Assembly (NCBI GenBank): GCA_965116875.1
Contig: OZ220733.1
Span: 1,696,001 to 1,760,000, forward strand
Direction of reading: 5' to 3'
Source: Candidatus Latescibacterota bacterium
GTDB taxonomy: Bacteria > Latescibacterota > UBA2968 > GCA-2709665
Length of the DNA stretch: 64,000 nt
In this document: positions 18,954 through 28,623 of the stretch, one piece after another
Position numbering within the stretch: the first letter of the stretch is position 1
How the letters are laid out: the number at the start of each line of letters is the position of its first letter
Made by a program: the position numbers and the translations under genes
The notes under the pieces: generated by a model
Database searches by the model: none
Seen by the model: only the letters and a program-made list of their open reading frames with translations
Told to the model about the DNA's origin: nothing

Positions 18954-19501
18954 GTGAGCCGTATCGCTTGGAGTCCGTGACCTTGAATGACATCTATCAA
19001 CTCCCCCGGTACTACGAGATCGCGTTCTCTTTCCGCGATATTCCGCGGGAGGTAGACGTTCCGGAGGAGACCGCCCGTCGCTTTGCAGAGATCCCTGTCA
19101 AAACCTTTCTCGAGATCGGATGCGGCAACAGCCCCCACATGGAAGAGCTGGCAGGCAGAGGCTACGATTTCATAGGAATCCACACAAGTGACGAAATGCT
19201 CATGTACTCGAAGGAAAAAGCCAGGAAACGGGGAGTTCACGCGCGGTTTGTGAAGGCGAACATGGTCGACTTTCGCATCGACCGGACTGTTGATTTCGCC
19301 TTCGTGATGCTCGGCTCACTTTTTATAAATAGTAACGAGGGGCTTTCCACACATTTCGACGCCGCCGCCTGAACATTGAGACCTGGTGGTCTTTATCTGC
19401 TTGATTGGTGCGCCAGGTTCGATAATCAGGATTTCAGCGAGGATTCCTGGGAAATTGAAAAGAACGGTGTCGTCGTGAAGGCCAGTTTCAGTAGTAAATG
19501 A
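18950..19501 (+). pseudogene. SAM-dependent methyltransferase pseudogene (in-frame TGA at 19370-19372, truncated 3' end)
   Basis: FLEIGCGNSP motif I; the frame continues past the TGA as TLRPGGLYLLDWC...FSSK*, the conserved LxPGG strand. Confidence 0.8.
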
Positions 19502-19614
19502 TAGGAGACTCACCCTGATGAAGGATGAAGTCATTACGCGAAAACCGTGCGGGGCTATATTTCTGCTGTGAAGGACGAAATGGGTGCGACGACACCCAGG
19601 AAAGCAATTAGCGT

Positions 19615-19724
19615 TGCACGGCCCCCTATAGGTGATCGTGATACCGTTCAGGACGAGTGAGAATGTGGGATACGAATTTGCCGTGTTTCATCGGCCGGAT
19701 GACTCTGTGTGGCAGTTTATTAGC
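19615..19724 (+). pseudogene. N-terminal remnant of a NUDIX (dATP pyrophosphohydrolase-like) gene
   Basis: *VIVIPFRTSENVGYEFAVFHRPDDSVWQFI resembles the RAPFQVLVIPF...AVFHR...WQFI segment before a Nudix box; start disrupted, box absent. Confidence 0.5.
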
Positions 19725-19842
19725 AGCAAGGCAGCCCAGGGGGATAATGAGCGAATCGTAGAGTTGGTGCACTCCGGAATGAGCGGAGATCTACGATATT
19801 CTGTCGATTCCATCCCTGGTTCACGCAGAAGGCAAAAGAAGA

Positions 19843-20661
19843 GTGATACGGGTACAGCCTACCGAAACGCGATTCGTTGACATTCACCACCTGGACTGGG
19901 ACCTGAAGTGGTCTCTCCAGTTTCCGGAAGTCATCACGTCCATGAACGGCGTGACGATGATGTGGCAGAAGATCTGCCCTCGATGGACCAGGACGGGAGA
20001 CAATGCATGGGCGTACGAATGGCAAACGACGCCTGAGTACATTAAGGAGCAGATGGAATACCATCAGACGGATCCCTCAGGGAACGTCGTTCGACACAAC
20101 TTCATAACAGGTCTTGTTCTCCAGGCAGCGTTGTCCGGACTCGAGGACGGCGTAGAACTGACGTTGACCCTCACGAATCAGTCATCCGCGCAATTCTATG
20201 ACGTCGCTTCCGATGGTGGATGTTTCCAGGCGAAGTCATCCGATTTCATCGATCAAGATGAAGTCAGACGATCCTACGTCCTGGTGAAGGGCAAGCCGGA
20301 GAGCATGGGCGATCTTCACAGAACGACGGACATTCGGACCGCGTATCATGCAGACCTCATGGACTATGAGAAGGAGTGGGTCAACAGGGCCGCATGGTTC
20401 TGGGGAAGAAGCAACACGGCCATAGACGCACCGGCCATTCTGGGTGCCGTTTCTCATGACCGGTCCAGGGCAACAGCGCTCGGATATGAGTGCGCGACGT
20501 CGGCTCTTCAGAACGCTGACGGTCATCATTGTCTGCATAGCAGGCCCCTTTTTGGTGATATTGAACCGGGGCAGTCGGTAACTCGCAGGGGCTATATCCT
20601 GTTCGGCAGCGAGTTCCCTGCACTGGCAAAGCAACTCGGCAAACAACTCAACAGACGCTAA
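19843..20661 (+). CDS. Hypothetical protein
   Basis: 272-aa ORF with normal composition; no recognised motif. Confidence 0.6.
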   Translation: MIRVQPTETRFVDIHHLDWDLKWSLQFPEVITSMNGVTMMWQKICPRWTRTGDNAWAYEWQTTPEYIKEQMEYHQTDPSGNVVRHNFITGLVLQAALSGLEDGVELTLTLTNQSSAQFYDVASDGGCFQAKSSDFIDQDEVRRSYVLVKGKPESMGDLHRTTDIRTAYHADLMDYEKEWVNRAAWFWGRSNTAIDAPAILGAVSHDRSRATALGYECATSALQNADGHHCLHSRPLFGDIEPGQSVTRRGYILFGSEFPALAKQLGKQLNRR

Positions 20662-21381
20662 GCCTCCGCGTCGGTTCAGCTTCAGAACGTGGCCCGGTCT
20701 AACCTCAAATCGAAAAAAGGCATCCGTTAATTTACCACAAAAAGCACAAAAGGCACAGAAGGTGACGGTGCGAAAACGCGGCATTGAGGTCGTTCAGATG
20801 GTCAAGACTTCCCTTCACGTCCAGTGACCTCAAGTATCCGGGATCTTTGACGTCAATTTGCCTTTGCTCTTCTGTATACATTCGACATTCAGGTCCCCGA
20901 ATTATCGCGAATCAGGGCTAACCTTGATTCCTCATTTTTCGAGGACGTTAATTCGAATATGTGTCAGTTAAAAAGGCGATTTAACTGCTGATTACCAGGA
21001 TACACCAGGACTCTGTACGTGAACGGAAAAAATGGCCTTCATGACGACCATTTCGGCCCGTTTCGAACGGTTTCGTCGCGGTGCCGCGTTGCGGCTTTTT
21101 CGGAATTGAGCCTAAGCACATTTTCGGCTCTGAAGTCGCCAAGGCCCTTGCCAGCGTCTTTGTGCATACGTATAATTCCATATACGTACCGAAAACCTGC
21201 AATTCGCTCGATTCGAGGCAGTTCTAGGACGGTCCTGTGGTCGCCATCGAGCCATTGATTGGCGGGTATCCGACATCGGACGCATAGGACTGCGCCGGGT
21301 GGACAATGAAGACCATAGCCGAACTTATCCTGGAACAGTTTGAGCGATGAAGCTCGAAAACGGAGTTCTGGAGAGTTGGAA

Positions 21382-21564
21382 ATGAGGAATGAATTTACGG
21401 CGGTGATCGAACAAGACAACGAATGGATCATTGCCTATTGCCCTGAGATCCCCGGCGCCAATGGACAGGGCAAGACCAGGGATGAAGCCCTTGCAAGCCT
21501 GCGGGATGCAATTTCCCTCATCCTTGAGGATCGTCGGGAAATGAGAATCTATGAAGAAGGCTGA
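21382..21564 (+). CDS. hicB: HicB-family antitoxin with a BrnT-like C-terminal tail (probable deletion chimera)
   Basis: MRNEFTAVIEQDNEWIIAYCPEIPGANGQGKTRDEA...LILEDRRE followed by MRIYEEG. Confidence 0.75.
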   Translation: MRNEFTAVIEQDNEWIIAYCPEIPGANGQGKTRDEALASLRDAISLILEDRREMRIYEEG

Positions 21565-21778
21565 ATCCGACGAACTGAGACAGGAATATCGCCCTGGAGA
21601 TCTCGGTCCTGGCGTCCGGGGCAAGTATCTTGAGTCTTTTCGATCCGGGACAAATCTCGTCATGCTCGAGCCGGACGTTGCCAGGGCATTTCCCACGGAG
21701 GCGGCCGTGAATGCTGCGCTTCGGTCATTCATTGACGGGGCCAAAGGACCGGCAGACTCGGGGAAGAGCACAAGTTGA
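21551..21778 (+). CDS. BrnA-like antitoxin (orphan)
   Basis: DELRQEY...GVRGKY...TNLVMLEPDVARAFPTEAAVNAALR pattern typical of BrnT partners. Confidence 0.7.
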   Translation: MKKAESDELRQEYRPGDLGPGVRGKYLESFRSGTNLVMLEPDVARAFPTEAAVNAALRSFIDGAKGPADSGKSTS

Positions 21779-21965
21779 CTCGTGCGTTGCGATAAATCTT
21801 GATATTATCGTGGCAACGGTGTAAATTAGGACGCGCCTATGATCGGGTGCACGTAACGTACTCCATTTGCAATTGGGAGGTCGATCGCCTGCCGAAATAC
21901 CCAACGGTCTTTCAACAGGAGGACTTTTCAGATCTAAATAGAGCAGCGACTACATAGAAATCTCG

Positions 21966-22114
21966 GATTCAGGTTACAAAACAGGGAAAACGGTGAAAAT
22001 CCGTTGCGGTCCCGCCGCTGTAACTGGGGATGTCTCCCGCAAAGATGCCACTGGTTAAATACCGGGAAGGCGCGGGAAACAGATGATCCAGGAGCCAGAA
22101 GACCTGCCTGAATC
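21966..22114 (+). ncRNA. Cobalamin (B12) riboswitch
   Basis: AGGGAAaaCGGTGaaAaTCCG, CGGTCCCGCCGCTGTAA, GCCACTG...GGGAAGG, AGCCAGAAGACCTGCC (B12 box); GATTCAGG/CCTGAATC closing helix; upstream of B12 uptake genes. Confidence 0.93.
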
Positions 22115-22326
22115 TCAGACCTTATAGCTTTCCTCGTGGATCTGGGAAAAGGTGACATAAACGCGTGCTTCGGCCGCGTGGTTGGCGATACCCCGGATTT
22201 CTGCAAGGAAATCGGGGAATTTTTTTGCAGTCAGCTTGAAACGAAACGCAAAGGGCAATGTCCGCGCCGTATTTACATCTGCAGGGCAATCCTTGTGGTT
22301 GCCCATGCGAGCCTGGGGATGACGCC

Positions 22327-23451
22327 GTGTTGAAATCCAAAATCTGGCTTGGAACCATTTGTTGCATCGGAATCTGCGTGGCGCCGATACCTGTGTGCGC
22401 TCAGGTGTCGCTGAAATATGCCGAGGGATTCCGCGTTGACTATTTCGACGGGTACAAGGTTGTGACCGTCGTCGTGCCGGGGTCCGAAACGGGGGAAACG
22501 CTTCAATACATCCTGGTACAGCGAGGCGGGAATTCACCCGGCGGCTATGAAGGGGCCCCGAGGATCAAGATTCCCGTACGCGCGCTGATCACCACGTCCA
22601 CAACGCACCTGCCGCATATCGAAAAGCTGGACGAACTGGAAAGCCTCGTTGCGGTCGACAACGTCAGGTTCGTCAATTCGAAGGCCGTCAGACGGCGTTT
22701 CGCCGAGGGCGGGATAGCGGAAGTCGGCAGAGGCAAATCCATCGACATGGAGCGGGTCCTCGTACTCCGGCCCGATATCGTCGTCATCGACGCCCCGTCA
22801 CAGGACAATGCATACCATTCTCTCCGGCAGGCCGGCGTGGCTGCCGTGGTCAATGCCGCCTACGCCGAACCGACGCTGCTCGGGCGCGTGGAGTGGCTCA
22901 AGTTCGCGGGCGCCTTCTTCAACAAGGAGAATCTTGCCGCCGCGCAGTTCGACAGTATTGCAGCCAGGTACGATGCACGCAAGTCGTTGACCGCGAATCT
23001 GCACCCCGACGGGAAACCCACCGTCTTCGTCGGATCCCTCTGGCGGGGGACCTGGTTCATGTCGGGCGGAAAATCATATCCGGCGCAATTGCTGGAGGAC
23101 GCGGGCGCGAATTACCTGTGGGGCGACAATGAATCGCGCCGGAGCCTGACGCTGGATTTCGAGTCGGTCTACGAAAAAGCGCACGATGCCGATTTCTGGA
23201 TCACCATGAGAAACGAATGGCGGTCCATTGGCAACGTTGTCGCGGAAGATGAACGATACGGGAAATTCAATGCGGTCGGAACCGGCAGGGTCTTCAACGC
23301 CAATGCGCGCCTCAATGAACACGGCGGCAACGACTATTGGGAGACCGGACTGATCGAACCGGACGTGCTGCTGACCGATATCATCAGGATGCTTCACCCG
23401 GAACTGGTCCCCGATCACCAGCTCAAGTACTATCGAAAGCTGGATCCATAG
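22327..23451 (+). CDS. btuF: Cobalamin ABC transporter substrate-binding protein (BtuF-like)
   Basis: KYAEGF, TSTTHLP, EPTLLGRVEWLKF, SGGKSY..LLEDAGANY, GGNDYWETGLIEPD; follows the B12 riboswitch. Confidence 0.82.
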   Translation: MLKSKIWLGTICCIGICVAPIPVCAQVSLKYAEGFRVDYFDGYKVVTVVVPGSETGETLQYILVQRGGNSPGGYEGAPRIKIPVRALITTSTTHLPHIEKLDELESLVAVDNVRFVNSKAVRRRFAEGGIAEVGRGKSIDMERVLVLRPDIVVIDAPSQDNAYHSLRQAGVAAVVNAAYAEPTLLGRVEWLKFAGAFFNKENLAAAQFDSIAARYDARKSLTANLHPDGKPTVFVGSLWRGTWFMSGGKSYPAQLLEDAGANYLWGDNESRRSLTLDFESVYEKAHDADFWITMRNEWRSIGNVVAEDERYGKFNAVGTGRVFNANARLNEHGGNDYWETGLIEPDVLLTDIIRMLHPELVPDHQLKYYRKLDP

Positions 23452-23454
23452 CCT

Positions 23455-25650
23455 ATGCGATGCATTTATCTTCTGATCCTGTCGAGCCTCCTCGCGACCG
23501 TGCCCCTTCAGGCGGCGGAGATTACCGGCCGTGTCACCGATGCGGAAACGCGTTTGGCCGTTGCCAACGCGCGGGTTCACGTTCTCAGTGCCGATCTTTC
23601 GACAATGACGGACCACCGCGGCGAATTCCTTTTGTCCAATCTGAATGCCGGCACGTATACGCTTGCAATATCGCATATCGCGTACCTGCCCGCGCAGCGC
23701 ACGGTCAGCGTAACAGGAACGACAGACGTTGTCATCGAGCTTTCGCCCAGGACCTATCCTCTCGATGACTTCCCGGTGATCGCCAAACCCTTCGGCGCCG
23801 GCGACATTCACGGGAATCCGGCCTACGCCACCGTGATTACGCGCGAGAACTTTGAGGGCAGAGAGACGACCCTGCCGGACGTCCTTGCCGAGGCCACGGG
23901 CGTACAGGTCAAGCGCCTGGGCGGGTTGGGCGCATTCAGCACGATTTCGCTCCGGGGTTCATCCGCCGACCAGGTCGAGGTTTACCTCGACGGGGTTCTG
24001 CTGAATGCCGCTTTCGGCGGCGGCGTGGACCTCGGCAATCTGCCGCTTGCGCACGTCGGGCAGATCGAAGTGTATCGCGGGGCTGGGGCCGGCGGCAACG
24101 GAATGGGCGGAACCGTACACGTACGCACCCGCCGGCTGCAGAAGCGATGGCGGCATGGCGTTCGCGGATCCTGGGGGGCTTTCGATACGCGGCTGCTGAG
24201 CGGCGTCGTTGCCGGTGCGCGGGGCGAATCGGAGTTTCTCGTTGTGGCCGACTACGCGCAAAGCGATAACGATTTCGGGTTTATGGACGACAACGGGACC
24301 GAATACAATGCCGGTGACGACGTATGGAGCAGGCGCCGGAACAACAACCACAGGTCCATCAACCTGCTGGGCAAATGGCGACGCGCTCTAGGTGAGAACA
24401 GCGCCTTGTCCCTGAATGAGACCATGTATCGGAAGGTCCAGGGCATGCCCGGTATCAGCAACAACCAGTCCCGCAACGCGCAGCTGGAAGCCTTCCGGAC
24501 GATGACGGAAATCACATACGAGAATCGGGCGCTGTCGAACGGGGTGAAAACGCATCATTCGGTTTACTTCACGCACACCAAAGAGCGGTTCCGGGATCTC
24601 GACGGGGAAGTTGGAATCGGCCGCCAGGATAATGACTATCGCACGCGCACCTATGGATGGCGGGGCCGTCTGCAAACGGTCCTGTTCTCACGCTGCCATG
24701 CGACGGCCGCGATTGGTCTGCGCCGCGAGGCCTATGTGCCCAAAACACGGATCCGGAGCGTCGCGAATTTCTTCGACAGCCGGCGATGGGCGGGGTCAGC
24801 GCGGGCGGGGGTTGAACTTACCCTGCCCGGGAACGTTGGCGTCTGGTCGACGGGCGTCGAACAACGGCTCATTCACAGTTCGTTTACGGGCGCGAATCCG
24901 TTCGGCTTCTCGCCTCTTGCGCCGGACTCCGCAAATACCCGCAGTCTCACGAGCGTGCGTACCGGCGTTCGGCTGGATCTGGCATCGCACCTCGCGTTCA
25001 AGGCCAATGCCGGGCGTGTGTTCCGGATTCCGTCTTTCTTCGAGCTCTTCGGGGACCGCGGCGGCGTGGTGGGCAACGTCAATCTCCGGCCCGAATTCGG
25101 GTTCGCGTGGGACGGGGGCGTACGTTATTCGGATGGGACGAATACCCTTGAACTGGCGTTCTTCGATCACCGCTATGAAGACCTGATCCAGTTTGTCCAC
25201 ACGTCCCAGGCCACGTCGCGGCCCGTCAACATCGGGAAAGCACGGGTTTACGGGCTGGAATTCACCGCGCAAAGGCGCTTCGGAGCCCGCTTCAATCTTT
25301 CCGGCAATTACACGTTTCAGGATGCAAGAGACCATTCGGCAATTCCGTATCTGGCAGGCAACATTCTGCCCAACCGTCCGCCCCACGCGCTGTTTGTTCG
25401 CGCGACGGCCCGGCTCGGACGTTGGACTCTGGTGTATGATTACAGCCTCGAAGACGGCAGCTATCTGGACCAGTCCAATCGACGTCCCCTATCGGTGCGC
25501 CAGATTCACAATGCCGGCGTGAAGGTGGATACCGGGCTGCGGTTGCAAATCGGACTGGAGGCGAAAAATATGTCCGGTGCGCAGGTCGCCGATACCTGGG
25601 GTTATCCGCTGCCGGGGCGCGCGTTCTTCGTGAGCGTAAAAACGGAATAG
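23455..25650 (+). CDS. btuB: TonB-dependent receptor (BtuB-like) with N-terminal carboxypeptidase-regulatory-like domain
   Basis: ITGRVTDAET; plug GVQVKRLGG..ISLRGS..VYLDGV..IEVYRG; GNVNLRPE; GYPLPGR C-terminus. Confidence 0.85.
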   Translation: MRCIYLLILSSLLATVPLQAAEITGRVTDAETRLAVANARVHVLSADLSTMTDHRGEFLLSNLNAGTYTLAISHIAYLPAQRTVSVTGTTDVVIELSPRTYPLDDFPVIAKPFGAGDIHGNPAYATVITRENFEGRETTLPDVLAEATGVQVKRLGGLGAFSTISLRGSSADQVEVYLDGVLLNAAFGGGVDLGNLPLAHVGQIEVYRGAGAGGNGMGGTVHVRTRRLQKRWRHGVRGSWGAFDTRLLSGVVAGARGESEFLVVADYAQSDNDFGFMDDNGTEYNAGDDVWSRRRNNNHRSINLLGKWRRALGENSALSLNETMYRKVQGMPGISNNQSRNAQLEAFRTMTEITYENRALSNGVKTHHSVYFTHTKERFRDLDGEVGIGRQDNDYRTRTYGWRGRLQTVLFSRCHATAAIGLRREAYVPKTRIRSVANFFDSRRWAGSARAGVELTLPGNVGVWSTGVEQRLIHSSFTGANPFGFSPLAPDSANTRSLTSVRTGVRLDLASHLAFKANAGRVFRIPSFFELFGDRGGVVGNVNLRPEFGFAWDGGVRYSDGTNTLELAFFDHRYEDLIQFVHTSQATSRPVNIGKARVYGLEFTAQRRFGARFNLSGNYTFQDARDHSAIPYLAGNILPNRPPHALFVRATARLGRWTLVYDYSLEDGSYLDQSNRRPLSVRQIHNAGVKVDTGLRLQIGLEAKNMSGAQVADTWGYPLPGRAFFVSVKTE

Positions 25651-25652
25651 GC

Positions 25653-25699
25653 AAAGGCGGGACAGAACGGGAAAGCCCCGTTGCGCACCCGCCTTTTTC
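25653..25699 (+). terminator. Intrinsic terminator-like hairpin between btuB and the propeller gene
   Basis: AAAGGCGGG...CCCGCCTTTTT long stem with T tract. Confidence 0.5.
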
Positions 25700-25775
25700 A
25701 ACCGAAGTCTTCCTGTCCGGCGAAGACTGAACAACAGATCGCGGACCTTTTACATTTTAGCCGAGGAGGGATTCA

Positions 25776-27026
25776 ATGAGGTGGTTTCTGCTGACGCTGT
25801 TTCTTGCAACCGATGCATTCGCGAACCAGGCGGTGATTACGACAGGCGTTTACGGCGGTGGTGGCGGATTATCCAGCGTGGATCTTGGCACGAATATCGC
25901 AACAAACGATCACCTGTTAATTCACTCGGATGCGGTCGTAGGTACGTACCGGGACAAGGTCTACGTGATCAATCGCCTCGGACAGGACAATGTGATCGTC
26001 CTGGATCGCGATAATCTTGCGACACCTTTGACGCAATATTCCACGGGGAACGGCTCGAACCCCCACGATATCGCCTTTGTCAACGAGGAGAAAGCCTACA
26101 TATCGCGATATGACCTGACACATATACTCGTCGTCAATCCCGTAACGGGCGATTCGCTGGGCTCGGTGGACCTTTCAACGTTCGCGGATGCCGACGGCCT
26201 GCCCGAAACGTCTCAACTCACGGTCCACGGCGGCCATCTGTTCGCGGCCTGTCAACGGCTCGACAGAGAGACCGCGACGTGGGATCCGACCGATTTTTCG
26301 GTAGTTGCCGTCGTTGACGTGACAACCGATCTGCTGGTAGACGTGGATCCGCAGGCTGAGGGCATGCAGGGGATTGTGATGGCGACAAAAAACCCGGCGG
26401 GCACCGCGCGGCGAGGGAGCAAATGGTTCCTGAGCTCGGTAAATACGACCGGCGATTTGACCGACGGCGGCATCGAGATGATTGATCTGGACAATCTGAT
26501 CAGCGAAGGAATTCTGCTTGACGAGACCGTTTTAGGCGGGAATATATGGTCATTGGCGATGGTTACCGATGACGACGGATATGTGGTTGTCGCCGACGAG
26601 AATTGGGCGAACACCGTCAAGCGGATCGATTTGGCAACGCAGTCGGTGTCCCAAGGGCTGGATGGTCTTTCCGGCGGATTCGTCCCCGCCCTCGGCGTGT
26701 TCGGCCAGCGGCTGTATGTTCTCGATCGAGGCAGTTCCGCCGATCCGGCTGCCGCCGGCGTAAAGGTATACGACGTGAGTACGGATGCGCTTGTGGCCGG
26801 CCCGATCGGCACGGGTTTGCCGCCGTCCAGCATCGCGTTCGTGGGCAGTGCGGCTGATTTCGATGGGGACTGCGTCGTGGATTTCAGCGACTTCCTGGCG
26901 TTCGCCGCCGCGTTCGGCAGGATAGCCGGCGACGATGACTTCGACGCCAGGTTCGACCTGAACGGCAACGGGGAGATCGAATTCCAGGACTTCCTGATCT
27001 TTGCCTCGGAATTTGGAGGAGGCTGA
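25776..27026 (+). CDS. Secreted YncE/BtuG-like beta-propeller with C-terminal dockerin/EF-hand-like pair
   Basis: Signal peptide; KVYVINRLGQDNV, SNPHDIAFVNEEKAYISRY blades; ADFDGDCVVDFSDF and FDLNGNGEIEFQDF repeats. Confidence 0.72.
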   Translation: MRWFLLTLFLATDAFANQAVITTGVYGGGGGLSSVDLGTNIATNDHLLIHSDAVVGTYRDKVYVINRLGQDNVIVLDRDNLATPLTQYSTGNGSNPHDIAFVNEEKAYISRYDLTHILVVNPVTGDSLGSVDLSTFADADGLPETSQLTVHGGHLFAACQRLDRETATWDPTDFSVVAVVDVTTDLLVDVDPQAEGMQGIVMATKNPAGTARRGSKWFLSSVNTTGDLTDGGIEMIDLDNLISEGILLDETVLGGNIWSLAMVTDDDGYVVVADENWANTVKRIDLATQSVSQGLDGLSGGFVPALGVFGQRLYVLDRGSSADPAAAGVKVYDVSTDALVAGPIGTGLPPSSIAFVGSAADFDGDCVVDFSDFLAFAAAFGRIAGDDDFDARFDLNGNGEIEFQDFLIFASEFGGG

Positions 27027-27425
27027 CCTACCCCCTAACCCCCTTCCTGAAGGAAGAAGGAAAAAGGAAGAAGGAAAGAGTAGCGGTAACTTTGACGTCT
27101 GTCACTTCTGCAATCGGACTCTCCCAAGAATCGAGTGGAAGCGGATTGCTGAGGAGAGCTGAAAACTGGCGGCGTGTCCTTGAAAATCCGAGTGTCTATG
27201 GATGACCGGCACGCGAAACCTGTTTTCCTCCCTCTCTCCCGGAGCTACCCCCTAACCCCCTTCCTGAAGGAAGGGGGGACGTTGATGGGTTGATTTACAG
27301 GCTTTGTGATGTGCCGGATAGCGATACCCTTTCAATCGGAGTGTCTATCAATGACCGGCACGCGACGTGTGCCTTTCCTCCCTCTTTCCTTTAGGAGAGA
27401 GGGCCGGGGAGAGAGGTCGGCGCCG
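27027..27425. repeat. Intergenic REP mosaic
   Basis: ctaccccctaacccccttcctgaaggaag twice (~27028, ~27245); gagtgtctat..atgaccggcacgcga twice (~27190, ~27340). Confidence 0.7.
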
Positions 27426-27498
27426 GGTGGAAGGGTTGCTTTTGACTTTCGCCTTTAGCTGACTGCTGAGAGCTGACCGCTGTTAGCTATCTCTGCTT

Positions 27499-28623
27499 AT
27501 GTGTGAATATCTCGATCGACATGAACACTACGTTCTGATGCGCGATGGGCGTTTTCTGATCGCCGAATTGCTGACCCCACACCAGGTGCTGAGTACGTCC
27601 GCCCATGGCGGCGGCCTGTGTACGGGCATCCGATTCCTGGTGAATCATCAGAGTTGCGAGGGCACGGGGCACGACGCGCGCTTTGCGTTGATCCGGCAAC
27701 TCGGCCTTGCGGGTTATCATCGCCACGTCAGTGCGGAACGCGGCCTGCCTCCGGATGTCGTCGCCGTGATGGGGACGGCCGCGAGTATGAACTGCGCGGC
27801 GCACGTCGTGGAAACCCATGCCGAATTACGCGTATTTGCGGTTGTGACGGCGGGGGTGGAGGGCAATGCCGGATGTGCGGGGGACCCGGCAACCTGGCAC
27901 GAAGAGGATGCGGAATGGATCCAGGGAAATCCACAGGCGGGCACGATCAATACCATGCTACTCATCAACTGGCCGCTCACGCCTGGCGCAATGGCGCGGG
28001 CGGCGGTCACGATGACCGAGGGCAAGTCCGCCGCACTGCGTGATCTCGCGGTATCCAGCCTCTATTCTCACGACCTCGCAACGGGAACCGGCACCGACCA
28101 GTACTGTATTGCGGCGCCGCTGGATGAAACGAGAATACCGAAGACCAACGCCGGCCATCACGCGAAACTTGGGGAATTGATCGGCAGGGCGGTACGCAAA
28201 GCCACACTGGAAGCCCTGCGATGGCAGAACGGTCTGGAGCCATCTCATACGAGGAGCGTCTTCCACGCGCTGAAACGGTTCGGTTTCGGGCGCGACCGGT
28301 TCCTGCGTGCGATGGACATACGCCTGAAGGAAGAAGAACGCGTGTTGCTGAAAAAAAACCTCAAGTCTGTCATATATGAGCCGCGCGTCGCGGCGGCGGC
28401 CTATGCATTCGCGGCGGTCTGGGACCGCGTGCGATTCGGGACGCTTACGCAAGCGCTAGCCGACCCGGTGTTGAGGCAGCAGGCGGCCACATTGGCGGCC
28501 TCGCTCGCGGCGAAACCCGAAGCATGGCCGTCCTGTTACGCCAGGCTTCAGGTGAAGGAAGACGCCCTGCTGGATCTCGTTTACGATGCGTTTGCGCTCG
28601 GGTGGCGACTGAAATGGACCTGA
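27499..28623 (+). CDS. cbiZ: Adenosylcobinamide amidohydrolase
   Basis: VLSTSAHGGG, MGTAASM, VVTAGVEGNA, GTINTML, TMTEGKSAAL, ATGTGTDQ, GHHAKLGELIG. Confidence 0.88.
   Translation: MCEYLDRHEHYVLMRDGRFLIAELLTPHQVLSTSAHGGGLCTGIRFLVNHQSCEGTGHDARFALIRQLGLAGYHRHVSAERGLPPDVVAVMGTAASMNCAAHVVETHAELRVFAVVTAGVEGNAGCAGDPATWHEEDAEWIQGNPQAGTINTMLLINWPLTPGAMARAAVTMTEGKSAALRDLAVSSLYSHDLATGTGTDQYCIAAPLDETRIPKTNAGHHAKLGELIGRAVRKATLEALRWQNGLEPSHTRSVFHALKRFGFGRDRFLRAMDIRLKEEERVLLKKNLKSVIYEPRVAAAAYAFAAVWDRVRFGTLTQALADPVLRQQAATLAASLAAKPEAWPSCYARLQVKEDALLDLVYDAFALGWRLKWT

Noticed and set aside
19370-19372. Selenocysteine or programmed readthrough at the methyltransferase TGA
   Set aside because: Position is a non-catalytic helix residue before LRPGG, no evident SECIS hairpin, and the gene is truncated ~43 codons later; a nonsense mutation is simpler
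19515-19565. Hammerhead ribozyme (CTGATGA...GAAA)
   Set aside because: Stems I-III cannot be formed convincingly; the motif coincides with an RBS and ATG of a tiny ORF
15044-21778. Bona fide integron
   Set aside because: No intI in the window and no paired RYYYAAC/GTTRRRY attC sites found by eye at gene boundaries
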